DNA of 64,000 nt from a bacterium (lineage in GTDB: Bacteria; Patescibacteriota; Minisyncoccia; UBA6257; JAGOQP01). The notes beneath the pieces are model-generated. The model searched no databases, was not told the origin of the DNA, and worked only from the letters and a program-made list of their open reading frames with translations. The stretch is taken from contig JAJXYJ010000021.1 of assembly GCA_021780615.1 (NCBI GenBank), forward strand, positions 3,819 to 67,818, read 5' to 3'. Position 1 is the stretch's first letter. Each line of letters begins with the position of its first letter. The position numbers and the translations under genes are program-made. Positions 30,936-42,265 of this stretch are shown one piece after another.

Positions 30936-31961
30936 ATGTCAAGTGGAAAAAAAGAGCCCGAAAAAACATCATTTTTCACCCCTTCCAAAGAAGACGTGTC
31001 GCTGGATACGCTCTTGCGGCCAACAACATTTAATGAGTATGTGGGGCAGGAAAAGATAAAACGCAATTTGCAGACTATTATTGAGGCGGCCCACGGTCGC
31101 CATGAAGTTATTGATCATCTCCTGCTGTATGGGCAAGCGGGATTGGGTAAGACAACTTTAGCAACACTGATTGCCCGCGAGATGCATGCGACCATCAGAA
31201 CAACAACGGGGCCGGCGATTGAAAAGGCGGCGGACTTGGCAACAATTTTATCGGGTCTTGAAGAAGGGGATATACTTTTTATAGATGAAATTCATCGTCT
31301 CAATCGGATGATTGAAGAAATGTTATATCCTGCAATGGAATCGCGTTCATTGCACGTGGTTATCGGCAAAGGACCTGCGGCGCGGATGATTTCCATTGAT
31401 TTGCCGCCCTTCACGCTCATTGCGGCAACAACGCGCATTGGACTTCTTTCGTCTCCACTTCGTTCTCGGTTTGGCGCAACATTTCGGATTGATTACTACG
31501 CTCCTCAGGATATGCGCAACATCATTGAACGTTCGGCGCGTATTTTAGGAATGGCCATGGATCAAGAGGCAGTTGCCATTATTGCTCAAGCAGCTCGTTC
31601 AACGCCTCGTACAGCTAATCGCTTATTGCGTCGCGTGCGCGATGTGGCACAGGTATCCAAAGTTGCGCGCATTGACGCGGCGCTGGCAGGTCATGCGCTT
31701 GCGATGTTTGACATCGATGCCATTGGCCTCGAAGAACATGATCGGCGTCTGCTTTCCATTATTATAGAAAAATTTAAAGGAGGTCCTGTAGGGCTTTCCA
31801 CGCTTGCCGCGGCATTGGGGGAGGATAAGGGAACCATTGAAGATGTCTATGAACCGTATTTAATGAAGGCGGGACTTTTAATGCGTACCAGTGGTGGCCG
31901 CGTGGCAACCGATGCGGCATACACACACCTTGGTTTAAAAAATATGAGTGTAAAAAAATGA
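30936..31961 (+). CDS. ruvB: Holliday junction branch-migration helicase RuvB
   Basis: The Walker A motif GQAGLGKTT, the Walker B motif FIDEIHRL and sensor motifs are present. The internal ATG at 30936 is used rather than the extended ORF. Confidence 0.9.
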   Translation: MSSGKKEPEKTSFFTPSKEDVSLDTLLRPTTFNEYVGQEKIKRNLQTIIEAAHGRHEVIDHLLLYGQAGLGKTTLATLIAREMHATIRTTTGPAIEKAADLATILSGLEEGDILFIDEIHRLNRMIEEMLYPAMESRSLHVVIGKGPAARMISIDLPPFTLIAATTRIGLLSSPLRSRFGATFRIDYYAPQDMRNIIERSARILGMAMDQEAVAIIAQAARSTPRTANRLLRRVRDVAQVSKVARIDAALAGHALAMFDIDAIGLEEHDRRLLSIIIEKFKGGPVGLSTLAAALGEDKGTIEDVYEPYLMKAGLLMRTSGGRVATDAAYTHLGLKNMSVKK

Positions 31962-32008
31962 GCCGTCCCAAGGAGGAAAACGGCTCTTGTGCACAGGCTC
32001 GGAAAAAT

Positions 32009-32227
32009 TTAGGAGTATTCATGGTTATGGTATGCTATAAACAGCATACCTCTGATAATGTGACGTGGAGAGGATAATACCTCTCTCTTTTTTTTAAGAT
32101 GAGATACAGCGAAGGATAATTCCTTCAATAAACCTATGTACTCATGAATGTTGATACGCTCGTTGACAGCCCATGTGTCAAGTCTTGTGAGCACCGCCTG
32201 CACTGATTCAAATGGTATCATATCCAC
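32009..32227 (-). CDS. Hypothetical small protein (72 aa)
   Basis: GAGAGGTGG lies upstream of the ATG. A bidirectional terminator hairpin (31962..31986) lies downstream. Confidence 0.35.
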   Translation of the reverse strand: MDMIPFESVQAVLTRLDTWAVNERINIHEYIGLLKELSFAVSHLKKKREVLSSPRHIIRGMLFIAYHNHEYS

Positions 32228-32389
32228 CTCTCTTTAATTAATAAAGAAATTTTAAATGTATATCCCTATTCTACCTATATTAACTTGTAAGGGTGCTACA
32301 TGAATAGTATACACCAGTTATGATTTTATATCATAGACTACAAAAAATGAGGTATAACGAGTATACTATGCACTATATCAGATACATAT

Positions 32390-34675
32390 TTGTCTATGGC
32401 ATACATTGGTTTAACATCATCAGAGGCACGTGATCGTCTCATGCAATATGGCCCCAATACTATAGAAGAGAAAAAAACTCTTTTTATTGTAAAACTATTC
32501 CGTTGGATTGTTTCACCCATATCGCTCATGCTTATCGCCGCTGCGATACTATCGTATGTGGCGGGAAAATATTTTGACGTGTGGTTTATTGTGGGACTGA
32601 TGATGCTTAATCTTGGTGTTACCTTTTGGCAGGAACATAAAGCTGACGCAGCCATTGAAAAACTCAAAGAACATTTAACAACGCAGGTGCGCGTACTTCG
32701 CGATGGAGTATGGACGGCGATGCCTTCCAGCAACATAGTTCCCGGTGACGTTATAAAATTATTCGGAGGTAATATTGTTTCTGCGGATGTGCAGTTACAG
32801 GATATCGTACATCTTTCTATTAATGATGCGGCGGTAACTGGCGAGTCATTGCCACAGGAAAAGAAGGTAGGAGACACGCTCTATGCCGGATCATTTGTGG
32901 TCAGTGGGCAGGCAGTGGCGACGGTAACGGCAACGGGATCGCATACGTATTTCGGTAAAACACTTCTTTCTGTCCAAAAGACATCGCGTCGCAGTATTTT
33001 GGAGCAAGATATTTTGCGTATATCAAAGTTTCTTTCATTGGCAAGCGTAGTTGTGGTGGTGCTGTTGACCGGTCTTTTTTTGTGGTATCGCATTGCATTG
33101 GTAAATATTCTAACCCTAGATTTAAGTTTGGTCATCGCGGGTATTCCTATATCGCTTCCCACAGTCATGACGCTTATTATCAGTTTGGGAGTGTTAGAGC
33201 TTTCTAAAAAAAATGTCATCGTCAAACGTCTTTCATCATTGGAGGACTTGGCAAACGTGCAGGTGCTTTTTAGCGACAAGACCGGCACCCTGACTAAAAA
33301 TGAAATTCACGTGACCAACATCATTGCCTATGGCACATCGGAAGAGAGCATCATCCGCGCCGCCGCACTCGCTTCAATAAAAGATGATGAGTCATCAATT
33401 AATAAGGCTATTTTGGATAAGGCGCGGGATATGCGCATTGCTGTCAATGAAAAAGATGTTATTTCTTTTATTCCGGCCGATAGCGAACGGAAAAGAAGTT
33501 TTGCGGTTGTCATGAGCGAGGGGGTCAATGAAGCCATTAGTGTTGGTGCGCCACAAATCATTGCTTCATTATGTGCGATGCATGCGGATACGTTTGATAC
33601 GGATGTCGAACATGCGGCCAAGCAGGGATATCGCTCTTTGGCAGTAGCAGTAAAGGAGGGAAGTAGTCAGGAGCAGGGCATGCGCATGATTGGTATACTG
33701 CTTATTTCAGATATTTTGCGTGACGATGCAAAAAACGTGGTGGAATTTCTGCGCGCCAATGGCGTGGATGTGCGCATGGTGACTGGTGATCATCGGGCAA
33801 TCGGCGAACGCATTGCTCAAGATGTCGGTATTGCCCCCGATAAGGTGTATGCGGAAATACTTCCTGCTGATAAATTAAAATTAGTTGAGGCAGAAAAAAA
33901 GCAGGCGGTTGTTGCGGCAACGGGGGATGGTATCAATGATTTGCCCGCCATAAAGACGGCTGACGTGGGTATTGCGGTGAGCAATGCCGTGGACGCATTA
34001 AAAAGTGGAGCAGACATCGTACTGCTTTCATCAGGTATTGGGGTTATCAAAGACGCCATCATTGAAGCGAGAAAAATTTTTGCACGGCTCTATACCTATT
34101 CTATCTACCGTATGTCTGAGAGTTTTCGACTCATTGTGACGATTGCGGTGTTGGGAATTATATATCATACCTACCCGCTTGAACCGCTTCAGCTTATTTT
34201 GTTGGCGTTCCTCAATGATGTGCCTATTATTTCGCTGGCAGTGGATCGGGTAACCGTTGTCTCAAAGCCGTCGACCATTCGGGTTGCCGATAGATTCATC
34301 CTCAGCGCCTTGTATGGTCTCACCGGCATTGCCAATAGCCTCGTACTCTTTTTTATTATCAAAGACATTGTGCATCTTCCTTGGAATATCATTGAAACAA
34401 TATTCTTCCTCAAGCTCGCGATATCAGGGCATATGTTGGTGTATGTAGCACACACCAAAGAACGATGGTGGAGGTTTTTGCCCAGCAAGGCGGTTATTCT
34501 GGCTACCGCGGGAACACAGGTGGTGGCGACTCTATTTGCGCTGGTGGGCATTTTTATGCCGGCAATTCCCGTCATATGGATTGTGGTGGTGTGGGTGTGG
34601 GCGTTTGGATGGATGCAAATTTCAGAACTCGCTAAAATGTTTCATAAGAAATACATCCGTCCGAGACTGGGATAG
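32390..34675 (+). CDS. Cation-transporting P-type ATPase, subfamily unresolved
   Basis: The phosphorylation motif DKTGTLT, the TGD and GDGINDLPA motifs, and 8-10 TM helices are present. A TTG at 32390 or an ATG at 32396 is the start. Confidence 0.85.
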   Translation: MSMAYIGLTSSEARDRLMQYGPNTIEEKKTLFIVKLFRWIVSPISLMLIAAAILSYVAGKYFDVWFIVGLMMLNLGVTFWQEHKADAAIEKLKEHLTTQVRVLRDGVWTAMPSSNIVPGDVIKLFGGNIVSADVQLQDIVHLSINDAAVTGESLPQEKKVGDTLYAGSFVVSGQAVATVTATGSHTYFGKTLLSVQKTSRRSILEQDILRISKFLSLASVVVVVLLTGLFLWYRIALVNILTLDLSLVIAGIPISLPTVMTLIISLGVLELSKKNVIVKRLSSLEDLANVQVLFSDKTGTLTKNEIHVTNIIAYGTSEESIIRAAALASIKDDESSINKAILDKARDMRIAVNEKDVISFIPADSERKRSFAVVMSEGVNEAISVGAPQIIASLCAMHADTFDTDVEHAAKQGYRSLAVAVKEGSSQEQGMRMIGILLISDILRDDAKNVVEFLRANGVDVRMVTGDHRAIGERIAQDVGIAPDKVYAEILPADKLKLVEAEKKQAVVAATGDGINDLPAIKTADVGIAVSNAVDALKSGADIVLLSSGIGVIKDAIIEARKIFARLYTYSIYRMSESFRLIVTIAVLGIIYHTYPLEPLQLILLAFLNDVPIISLAVDRVTVVSKPSTIRVADRFILSALYGLTGIANSLVLFFIIKDIVHLPWNIIETIFFLKLAISGHMLVYVAHTKERWWRFLPSKAVILATAGTQVVATLFALVGIFMPAIPVIWIVVVWVWAFGWMQISELAKMFHKKYIRPRLG

Positions 34676-34827
34676 ACCCGAAGCGGGAATTTTCATTTTT
34701 CAGTTTTCAATGATCAATGAATTTTTAAATTTTAAAATTGATTAATTGTAAAATTGATTGCCCGGAGGGTCCGCCCTGTTCGACAGGGCGGAAAAATTGT
34801 AAATTGAAAATTGATAATTACATTCAT

Positions 34828-35433
34828 ATGTCTTTATTCATCTCCGAACTTCTTCCTAATCCTACCGGCAAAGATACGGCGGGGGAATGGATTGAGCTAT
34901 GCAATACCGATACTGCGCCAGCGTCTCTTGTTGGAAAAAAGTTGTCCGATGCATCGGGAAAGACGTATGCATTTGGCGACGAATCTTTGGCGCCCCATGC
35001 TTGTACTGCATATCCTTATACTCAAACGAAAATAACGTTAAATAATAGCGGTGATACTATTGTGCTTGCCGATGCGCAGGGTGCTCCTATTGATACGATG
35101 CAGTATGCCGAATCGATGGGCGACGATATTGCCGTGGCGCGAGATCAGGCAATGCATACGGTACTTACCAGCAACCCAACGCCGGGAAAAGAAAATATTA
35201 TTGTTGCTCCTGTGCCCAATACCAGAAACACCACAGGGGGTTGGGATGTCGGATATAACACACAGACAACGTACGAAACTGCGACAACAAGCGATGATGC
35301 GGCCAATGATCAGTCGACACTATCAGATACATCCATTGCTGATGTTATGGGTGCCGGAGCGCTCATTGCATTGTGCGCGACAATATCTTTCTGGTATTTT
35401 TTTAAGAAATTAAAGAATACACCTTCCTCATAA
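34828..35433 (+). CDS. Lamin tail domain (LTD) protein with a C-terminal TM anchor
   Basis: ISELLPNPTGKDTAGEWIELCN is followed by a ...GDTIVLADAQGAPIDTMQY pattern and a C-terminal hydrophobic segment. An ATG at 34828 is used. Confidence 0.7.
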   Translation: MSLFISELLPNPTGKDTAGEWIELCNTDTAPASLVGKKLSDASGKTYAFGDESLAPHACTAYPYTQTKITLNNSGDTIVLADAQGAPIDTMQYAESMGDDIAVARDQAMHTVLTSNPTPGKENIIVAPVPNTRNTTGGWDVGYNTQTTYETATTSDDAANDQSTLSDTSIADVMGAGALIALCATISFWYFFKKLKNTPSS

Positions 35434-35434
35434 T

Positions 35435-37102
35435 ATGACCTCCCGTCGCCTATACACCATTCTCATTATTGCCGTTTTGACGACGGTATTTTTATATGGA
35501 CTACACAGCATCGCTGATTTTGATACGGGATATCATCTGCAAACCGGGCACTACATTGTCACCCATGGTACGGTACCATTGTATGATATTTTTTCTTTAC
35601 AGGGAGTGGGGATGCGATGGATTGCGCATTACTGGCTTTCGGATGTTTTCTTTTTTCTCGTCTATGCGCTGAGCGGCTATGGAGGGCTCATTGTCTTGGT
35701 GGGAGCAATGGCGGCACTGACATGGTGGATGGTCATGCGTACTGCATACCAATACACGGGAAAAAGTTTTCTGGTGCCACTGTTGCTTTTACTCTACACC
35801 TATCTCACATACGAATTGTGGGTAGTTCGTCCGCAGATATTTACCTATGCCGCGACTGCGCTGGTGATATATCTTTTGGAGCGATGGCGGCGAACTGAAA
35901 ACAAAAAAATTCTTGTCGGCGTTATTGCGCTTATGGTGGTGTGGGCAAATCTTCATGCGGGAGTCATTCTCGGTATCGCTATTGTGGGATTGTACGGTAT
36001 CGCGTATGCGTATCATCGTCGTGCGCAGATACGGGACGCTATTATGCCGCTTGGGTTATTTGTTGCCGCCATTGCAGTGACACTCCTTAATCCGAATGGG
36101 TATGCGACGCTATGGTATGGACAGATCATAGAAAATTCCATTCAAACGGTGGGAACATTGGAGTGGAAATCACTTTTGTATTTTCTTCCCGATACCATTG
36201 AATCCAAAATATTTTTGGCCCTTATGGTTGTCGTCGCGGCGCATGTGGGGTGGGTTGTTTTCGGGCGCATCCGCCGTACGCGAGCTGTTTCTCAGGAGGA
36301 TATTGTGTCGTTGGGGTTGTTGGCGGGAGCATGCGCATTGCCGCTTATGTCTATTCGGCATGTGGGGCTGTTTCTTATTATGACATTTCCTCTTTTTGTC
36401 ATGAGTGTGCAAACACTGTATGCGCATCGCGTATCATTACACGTACGAAAAACTTTTTTGTTGGGGGCCATGGGGCTAGTGGGAATTTTTTGCATTGGGG
36501 GACTGGTGCATGTACTGGGATTGCAGGAAATAAATGATCACATGCTTCCGGTGGGTGCCGTGCAGTTTATACAGGATCACCACATTGCCGGTCCGACGTT
36601 TAATAATATGGAAATGGGAGGGTATTTGATTTGGACATTGTGGCCTCAACAGAAAGTATTGTTTGACGGCAGAAGCGAGATATATGCCGGTGCGGCGAAT
36701 GACAACTATGTTTCAATATTTTTAGGATCAGCCGGATGGCAGAAAGCATGGGATGCATATCATCCGAATAATGTATTGTTGGCATATCGGGATACCAATG
36801 GTGTTCCTGCGCCGATTGTGGGCAATCTTATCGCGCGCTTGCAGAGCATGGGATATGACCTGGTGTACTGGGACGATGCAGCAGTTCTATTGCTCAAAGA
36901 CACGCCGGAAAATAAATCTATTATTGATGCATACATGTATCACGACATTGGTCCTTTTATTAATCCCGCTTCTATTCCGGCAGGGGAGGTAAAAAATGCG
37001 ATGACAGAAGTACACCGCGCCCTTGATGCGGCATCCGATTCCATAGAGGTACAAAACTTTGCGACACTGCTGTTGCAACGCATAAAAAATAATTATCAAT
37101 GA
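35435..37102 (+). CDS. Large polytopic membrane protein, possibly a GT-C-type glycosyltransferase
   Basis: It has about 12 TM helices followed by a soluble C-terminal domain. Its start is 2 nt after the LTD gene stop. Function is inferred only from topology. Confidence 0.45.
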   Translation: MTSRRLYTILIIAVLTTVFLYGLHSIADFDTGYHLQTGHYIVTHGTVPLYDIFSLQGVGMRWIAHYWLSDVFFFLVYALSGYGGLIVLVGAMAALTWWMVMRTAYQYTGKSFLVPLLLLLYTYLTYELWVVRPQIFTYAATALVIYLLERWRRTENKKILVGVIALMVVWANLHAGVILGIAIVGLYGIAYAYHRRAQIRDAIMPLGLFVAAIAVTLLNPNGYATLWYGQIIENSIQTVGTLEWKSLLYFLPDTIESKIFLALMVVVAAHVGWVVFGRIRRTRAVSQEDIVSLGLLAGACALPLMSIRHVGLFLIMTFPLFVMSVQTLYAHRVSLHVRKTFLLGAMGLVGIFCIGGLVHVLGLQEINDHMLPVGAVQFIQDHHIAGPTFNNMEMGGYLIWTLWPQQKVLFDGRSEIYAGAANDNYVSIFLGSAGWQKAWDAYHPNNVLLAYRDTNGVPAPIVGNLIARLQSMGYDLVYWDDAAVLLLKDTPENKSIIDAYMYHDIGPFINPASIPAGEVKNAMTEVHRALDAASDSIEVQNFATLLLQRIKNNYQ

Positions 37103-37240
37103 CCAATTTCCAATGATCAATAAATTATTCAGTTTAATAATTTTATAATTTAAAAATTGATTGAAAATTGTAAATTGAAAACTGAAAATTTGCGGTTGCC
37201 GCGTTATCCCCACCTTATACCCAAACACGCCTTGTGAAGC

Positions 37241-37269
37241 TTGACAAGATATAGTCACTCAATTATACT
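37241..37269 (+). promoter_or_regulatory. Candidate rRNA promoter
   Basis: TTGACA, a 17-nt spacer and TATACT lie about 290 nt upstream of the 23S 5' end. Confidence 0.4.
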
Positions 37270-37848
37270 CACCCCCATGGTGCTTTATATACAAAAGATA
37301 CGCGGGTGAAACGGTGCCGGCTTTATGTTGTCACACCTCATCCGCCGCGCGCGGATTTTTTATGCCACGACAGTCTTTTGAGAAAGTGCTCGTCCTTCAA
37401 AAACATAGGGGATTTAAGAAAGCGTCGCTGACTGATCCCATATCAGAACAATTGAGCAATGTAAACTCAATGTAGGTATGCTTTTTGCAGGACATAACAC
37501 TTCTGTAAAAAGTAGAGAAATGCATTTTCATCCTGCGTATGAACAATACAAAAGGATATGATCAAAAAATGAGCGTTTACTCAAGGGCGTATGGTGGATG
37601 CCTTGACACTGCATGGCGATGAAGGACGTAGCGTAGCTGCGAAAAGTCTCGGGGAGGTGCGTAGCAACCTGTGATCCGGGAATATCCGAATGGGGCAACC
37701 CAGTTGCGTAAACCGCAACTATCTCAACACATAAGATGTTGAGGAGCGAACCCGCTGAAGTGAAACATCCCAGTAAGCGGAGGAAAATAGAACGAATGTT
37801 ATTCCCCTAGTAGCGGCGAGCGAAAAGGGAATGAGCCCAAACCTAGAC

Positions 37849-37995
37849 GCATCTCACCAAGGTAAGATGCTTGGGAATTATCAATTTCCAATTTCCAATT
37901 TTCAATCAATTTTCTAATTTTAAAATTTCTAAATTTATTGATCATTGATAATTGATCATTGAACATTTTCTAAGCACCTCGCTTTCGTGAGGTGC
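37849..37995 (+). other. 23S intervening sequence 1. Its ends are complementary and its body is AT-rich.
   Basis: It begins gcatctcaccaagg.agatgcttggg, has an aatttccaatt-repeat body and ends gtgaggtgc. The ends pair as gcatctcac with gtgaggtgc. Confidence 0.55.
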
Positions 37996-38258
37996 GACTG
38001 GGGGTTGTAAGATATGTGCGCTTCTTTATATTTCGCCAAGTACTTGGCATCTCAAGTATTGGGCGATGTATGAAGTTAAGGAAGAGTTACAAATTATTTT
38101 GCTAGCAGAACCTTGTGGAACCGAGGACCGTAGAGGGCGAACGTCCCGTATGCGAAAGCAAAATAACTCTTTAGCATGTAATCTTGAGTACCTCGAAAAA
38201 TGAATGTTTCGAGGGAATCATCCCGCACTATCGGGAAAGGCTAAATACGTGCAGTGAT

Positions 38259-38295
<37 letters not shown>

Positions 38296-39693
38296 CAGGC
38301 CGGCGAGGCCGATGAAATAGAACCTGAAACCATATGCCTACAAGGAACGGGAGCTCTAACTCCGATTTATCGGAGGGAGTGACCGTGTGCCTATTGAAGA
38401 ATGAGCCAACGAGTTTTTGTGTATCGCTGTCTAAGTTCCACGGAACGGAGGCAAAGCGAAAGCGAGTCTTAAAAGGGCGAAATAAAAAGCGGTACGCATA
38501 AGACCCGAAGCCAGGTGAGCTTGCCATGAGCAGGGTGAAGTCTCGAGAAATCGAGATGGAGGCCCGAACCGGTTGGTTGTGCAAAACCTTCGGATGACTT
38601 GTGGTAGGGAGTGAAAAGCTAATCGAACCTGGTAATAGCTGGTTCTCTCCGAAATAGTTTTAGGACTAGCGTCCCGGAAAAACGCTACAGGGGTAGAGCG
38701 ACTGGTAGAGAAGTAAAGGGGGAAACCTCGCCTTCTCTGTCAAACTCCGAATACTGTAGTGAACGCCGGGGCAGTCAGAATGTGGGGGCTAAGCTCCATG
38801 TTCGCGAGGGGAAGAGCCCAGACCGTCAATTAAGGTCCCTAAATCTATGCTCAGTGTAAAAAGTAGTGATTTGCCTCAGACAGGTAGGAGGTTGGCTTAG
38901 AGGTAGCCATCCTTTAAAGAGTGTGTAACAACCCACTACTAGATGGCAGGTTGCGCTGAAAATTTACCGGGGCTAAGCATAGTACCGAAATTACGGATTT
39001 CCTTTATTATTTATAATAAAGGGAGTGGTAGGAGAGCATTCCGTATGCGCTGAAGCCGGACCCGTGAGGGCCTGTGGAGCGTACGGAAGGGAGAATGTTG
39101 GTATGAGTAACCGCAATCCCGATGAGAATTCGGGACCCCGAAAATCCAAGGTTTCCTCCGCAATGGAAGTCAGCGGAGGGTTAGGCGGTCCTAAGGCAAT
39201 GGCGAAAGCCGCAGCTGATGGACAGCAGGTTAATATTCCTGCCCGCCTGTACGGTCCGATGGAGGGACGATGTGTAGTATATAGAGTGTCTCAGTGGTTT
39301 GGCATCCTTAACTGAGGATCTCCGGTAGGCAAATCCGCCGGGGTGCTTTTAATGGCAAATCTAAGGAAAGAGGTGATGTCCGCCTTTGGCGGGTAAAGTT
39401 TATAAAGCACACATCCAAGAAAATCTTCTAAGGATAACCGTATAGGCTCCGTACCGTAAACCGACACTGGTGGGTGAGGCGAGAAGCCTCAGGGGAACGA
39501 GTGAGTCATCCTCAAGGAACTCGGCAAAAAAGCGACTGTAACTTAGGAATAAAGTCTGCCCTGAGCAATCAGGGCCGCAGCGAAAGTATCTCTGGCGACT
39601 GTTTACTAAAAACACAGCTCCCTGCAAACTCGTAAGAGGAAGTATAGGGGGTGACACCTGACCGATGCGAGAAGGTTAACGGTGGAGGTGTAT

Positions 39694-39867
39694 GCATCTC
39701 ACCAAGGCGAGATGCTTGGGAAATTTTTAATTTCCAATTTTGTAATTTTTAAATAAATCTTAATTTTTAATGTTTTAAACATTATGATTTTGAATTTATT
39801 TACAAAATTCAAAAATTAAAAATTATAAAATTATCTTGAGCACCCAGCTTTTGTGAGGTGTATATGC
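39694..39867 (+). other. 23S intervening sequence 2, of the same family as IVS 1
   Basis: It has the same 25-nt 5' module, catctcaccaaggcgagatgcttggg, an AT-rich body, and 3' gtgaggtgtatatgc pairing with the 5' end. Confidence 0.55.
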
Positions 39868-40611
39868 TTACTGCCCGAAGCCCTCGTCAATGTCAGCGGT
39901 AACTATAACCGTTCTAAGGTAGCGCATTTCCTTTCCGGGTAAGTTCCGGAGCGCACGAATGGTGTAACGACTGGAGAACTGTCTCGAGGATGAGCTCGGT
40001 GAAAATGCGATTCCCGTGAAGACGCGGGGTACCTGCAGCGGGACGAAAAGACCCCAGGAGCTTTACTGCAGCTTGATATTGGTAGTAGAGTTTGTATGCG
40101 TAGCATAGTGAGGAGGCTTTGAAGTTTGTCTTTCGGGGCAGATGGAGCCGACAGTGAAATACTCATCTTGCGAATTTTACTCTCTAACCTTGCGGGCAAA
40201 AACCGTAGGGGACAGTGTCTGGTGGGCAGTTTTAATGGGGCGTTATCCTCCTAAAAAGTAACGGAGGAGTTTAAAGGTCAACTTAGTCCGGATGGAAATC
40301 GGACTGAAAGTGTAAAGGCAGAAGTTGGCTTAACGGCAAGACGTACGTGTCGCGCCGATGCGAAAGCAGAACTTAGTGACCCGACGGTAATGTTAAACAC
40401 TTTTTTTAAAAGAGTTTGACTCTTCATAGGAAGGCCGGAGACAACGGATAAAAGCTACCCTGGGGATAACAGGCTGGTGAGGTCCAAGAGTCCATATCGA
40501 CGACCTCGCTCGGCACCTCGATGTCGGCTCACCCTAGCGCGGGGCTGGAGAAGGTCCCAAGCGTTTGGCTGTTCGCCAATTAAAAGGGTACGCGAGCTGG
40601 GTTTAGACCGT

Positions 40612-41117
40612 TCAGATGCCAAATATATAGTTTGGCAGATGGACAGTCTAAATCCCATGAGGCGTTATTCTAAATTATTTCAAATTTCAAATCTTTTCGT
40701 TTCAAACTAGATTAAATATAACCAATAGATCACGGCGGTCATACGTAGAAATATGTATGTATCAAGATAGCTTATTTCGGAGAATTCCCACCCGCAGATG
40801 CGGAGGAGGACCCCGAGGGAAACCTGACTATGCAGTGCATGGAATTTTTAATTTTAAATTTTGTAATTTTTATTGAATTTTTAATGTTTTAATTTTAAAT
40901 TTTAAAATTGATTCATTTATAAGTTGATTGCCCTATAGGGGTCCGCTCATAGCGGAAAAATTGGAAATTGTAAATTGAAAATTATCACTTTTGAAAGTGA
41001 TAAAGGTGCCCGTAGAGACTACACGCTATCCATCCGATTCAATAAGCAGGAGTGTATCCTGATCTTGTCGAAGGATGATGTTATAGTCCAATGCGCATCG
41101 TAATATGCGGAATCATG
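40612..41117 (+). mobile_element. ORF-less group I intron in the 23S rRNA at the I-CreI-type site (E. coli about 2593)
   Basis: The exon context is GGGTTTAGACCGT^...^CGTGAGACAGGTTGGTC. The 5' exon ends in U and the intron ends in G. P7-like GACTAC...TAGTCC elements are present. The intron contains an embedded copy of the dispersed repeat. Confidence 0.6.
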
Positions 41118-41529
41118 CGTGAGACAGGTTGGTCTCTATCTGCTGCAGGCGTTGACACTTGAGGGAAGTTGGCCCTAGTACGAGAGGACCGGGCTGAACG
41201 AACCTCTGGTCTACCAGCTTTGGTACCAACTGAAGCGCTGGGTAGCTATGTTCGGAAGGGATAAGCGCTGAAAGCATCTAAGCACGAAGCCCCTCCCAAG
41301 ATAAGGTGTCTTAGGACCCTGGAAGATGACCAGGTTGATAGGCTCTCGGTGTACGCACAGTAATGTGTTTAGCCAAGGAGTACTAATAGTCCATTTGAAC
41401 GCTCTTTTTTGAGCAGGTATCATGTGTTTCTCTACTTTTTAAAGAAGTGTTATTGAGTGTATACAGTGTGCTTAATTGTTTTGATATTATATAGTGTACG
41501 AAGCAAACGAAAGATAAAAAAATACTTTC

Positions 41530-41644
41530 ATTTGCCGGTGTTTTACCCAAACGTGTCCCACCTCTTCCCATTCCGAACAGAGCAGTGAAAGCGTTTGGGC
41601 CTGATGATACTCCCTCGGGGGGAAAGTAAGGTATGCCGGTAATT
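41530..41644 (+). rRNA. rrf: 5S ribosomal RNA
   Basis: CCCACCTCTTCCCATTCCGAACAGAGCAGTGAAAGCG, and helix I pairing of ttgccgg with ccggtaa. Confidence 0.8.
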
Positions 41645-41741
41645 GAAAGTATTTTTTTATTGAGCTTCCACAAAAGAAATTTTTGTTTGAAGGAGAATTA
41701 TAAAAAAGCCCCACAATTTTTGTGGGGTGTTGAAAGAAAGT

Positions 41742-42053
41742 TTATTGTTCACGGATATCACTGATTTTTTGCTCTCCGTATGTTTCCAAGAGTTTCAAAT
41801 GGATGTTTTCCCACTCCTTAAACGCCTTAGAAATAGACATATCCCGAGAACAGAAAGTGAAAATACAGAGTAACTCTCCACTGGTTGAATATCCATCAAT
41901 AGTAATCCATTTAACTGCAAAATTGAAGCTATCACTGATAATAACTCTGCTGATTCCTGGAGTTTTTGTAAACTCATTGATAGAATTTGTGTGCGGGGTC
42001 CTAAAGTGTCTATGTAAAGTACTCTTTAGGATAGAAAATCTTTCCTTTCCCAT
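41742..42053 (-). CDS. Hypothetical protein (103 aa)
   Basis: It is an ORF only. A terminator hairpin, ccccacaatttttgtgggg, lies downstream. Confidence 0.3.
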   Translation of the reverse strand: MGKERFSILKSTLHRHFRTPHTNSINEFTKTPGISRVIISDSFNFAVKWITIDGYSTSGELLCIFTFCSRDMSISKAFKEWENIHLKLLETYGEQKISDIREQ

Positions 42054-42265
42054 TCTATTAACCTCATTGTTTATTTACTCATTTTAATATTCAATATTTA
42101 TTGATATTAGTCAATTACTTATATATCTTCACAATTTCTTTTCCAAAAGGGATTTTTTTTGTATAATGAGGCATACTAATTATCAATTTACGATTTACAA
42201 TTTTCAGCAGATTCCTTTGCTAGGAATATAATCGAATTGTAAAATGTAAAATGTAAATTATTCTT

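Noticed and set aside
37103-37559. 16S rRNA upstream of the 23S
   Set aside because: No 16S-like conserved blocks are present. The region holds only a promoter-like element and AT-rich repeats. The 16S gene is not in this window.
40612-41117. Possible intron-encoded homing endonuclease in the 23S group I intron
   Set aside because: No ORF of meaningful length lies within the intron, and no LAGLIDADG or GIY-YIG motif is present. The intron appears ORF-less.
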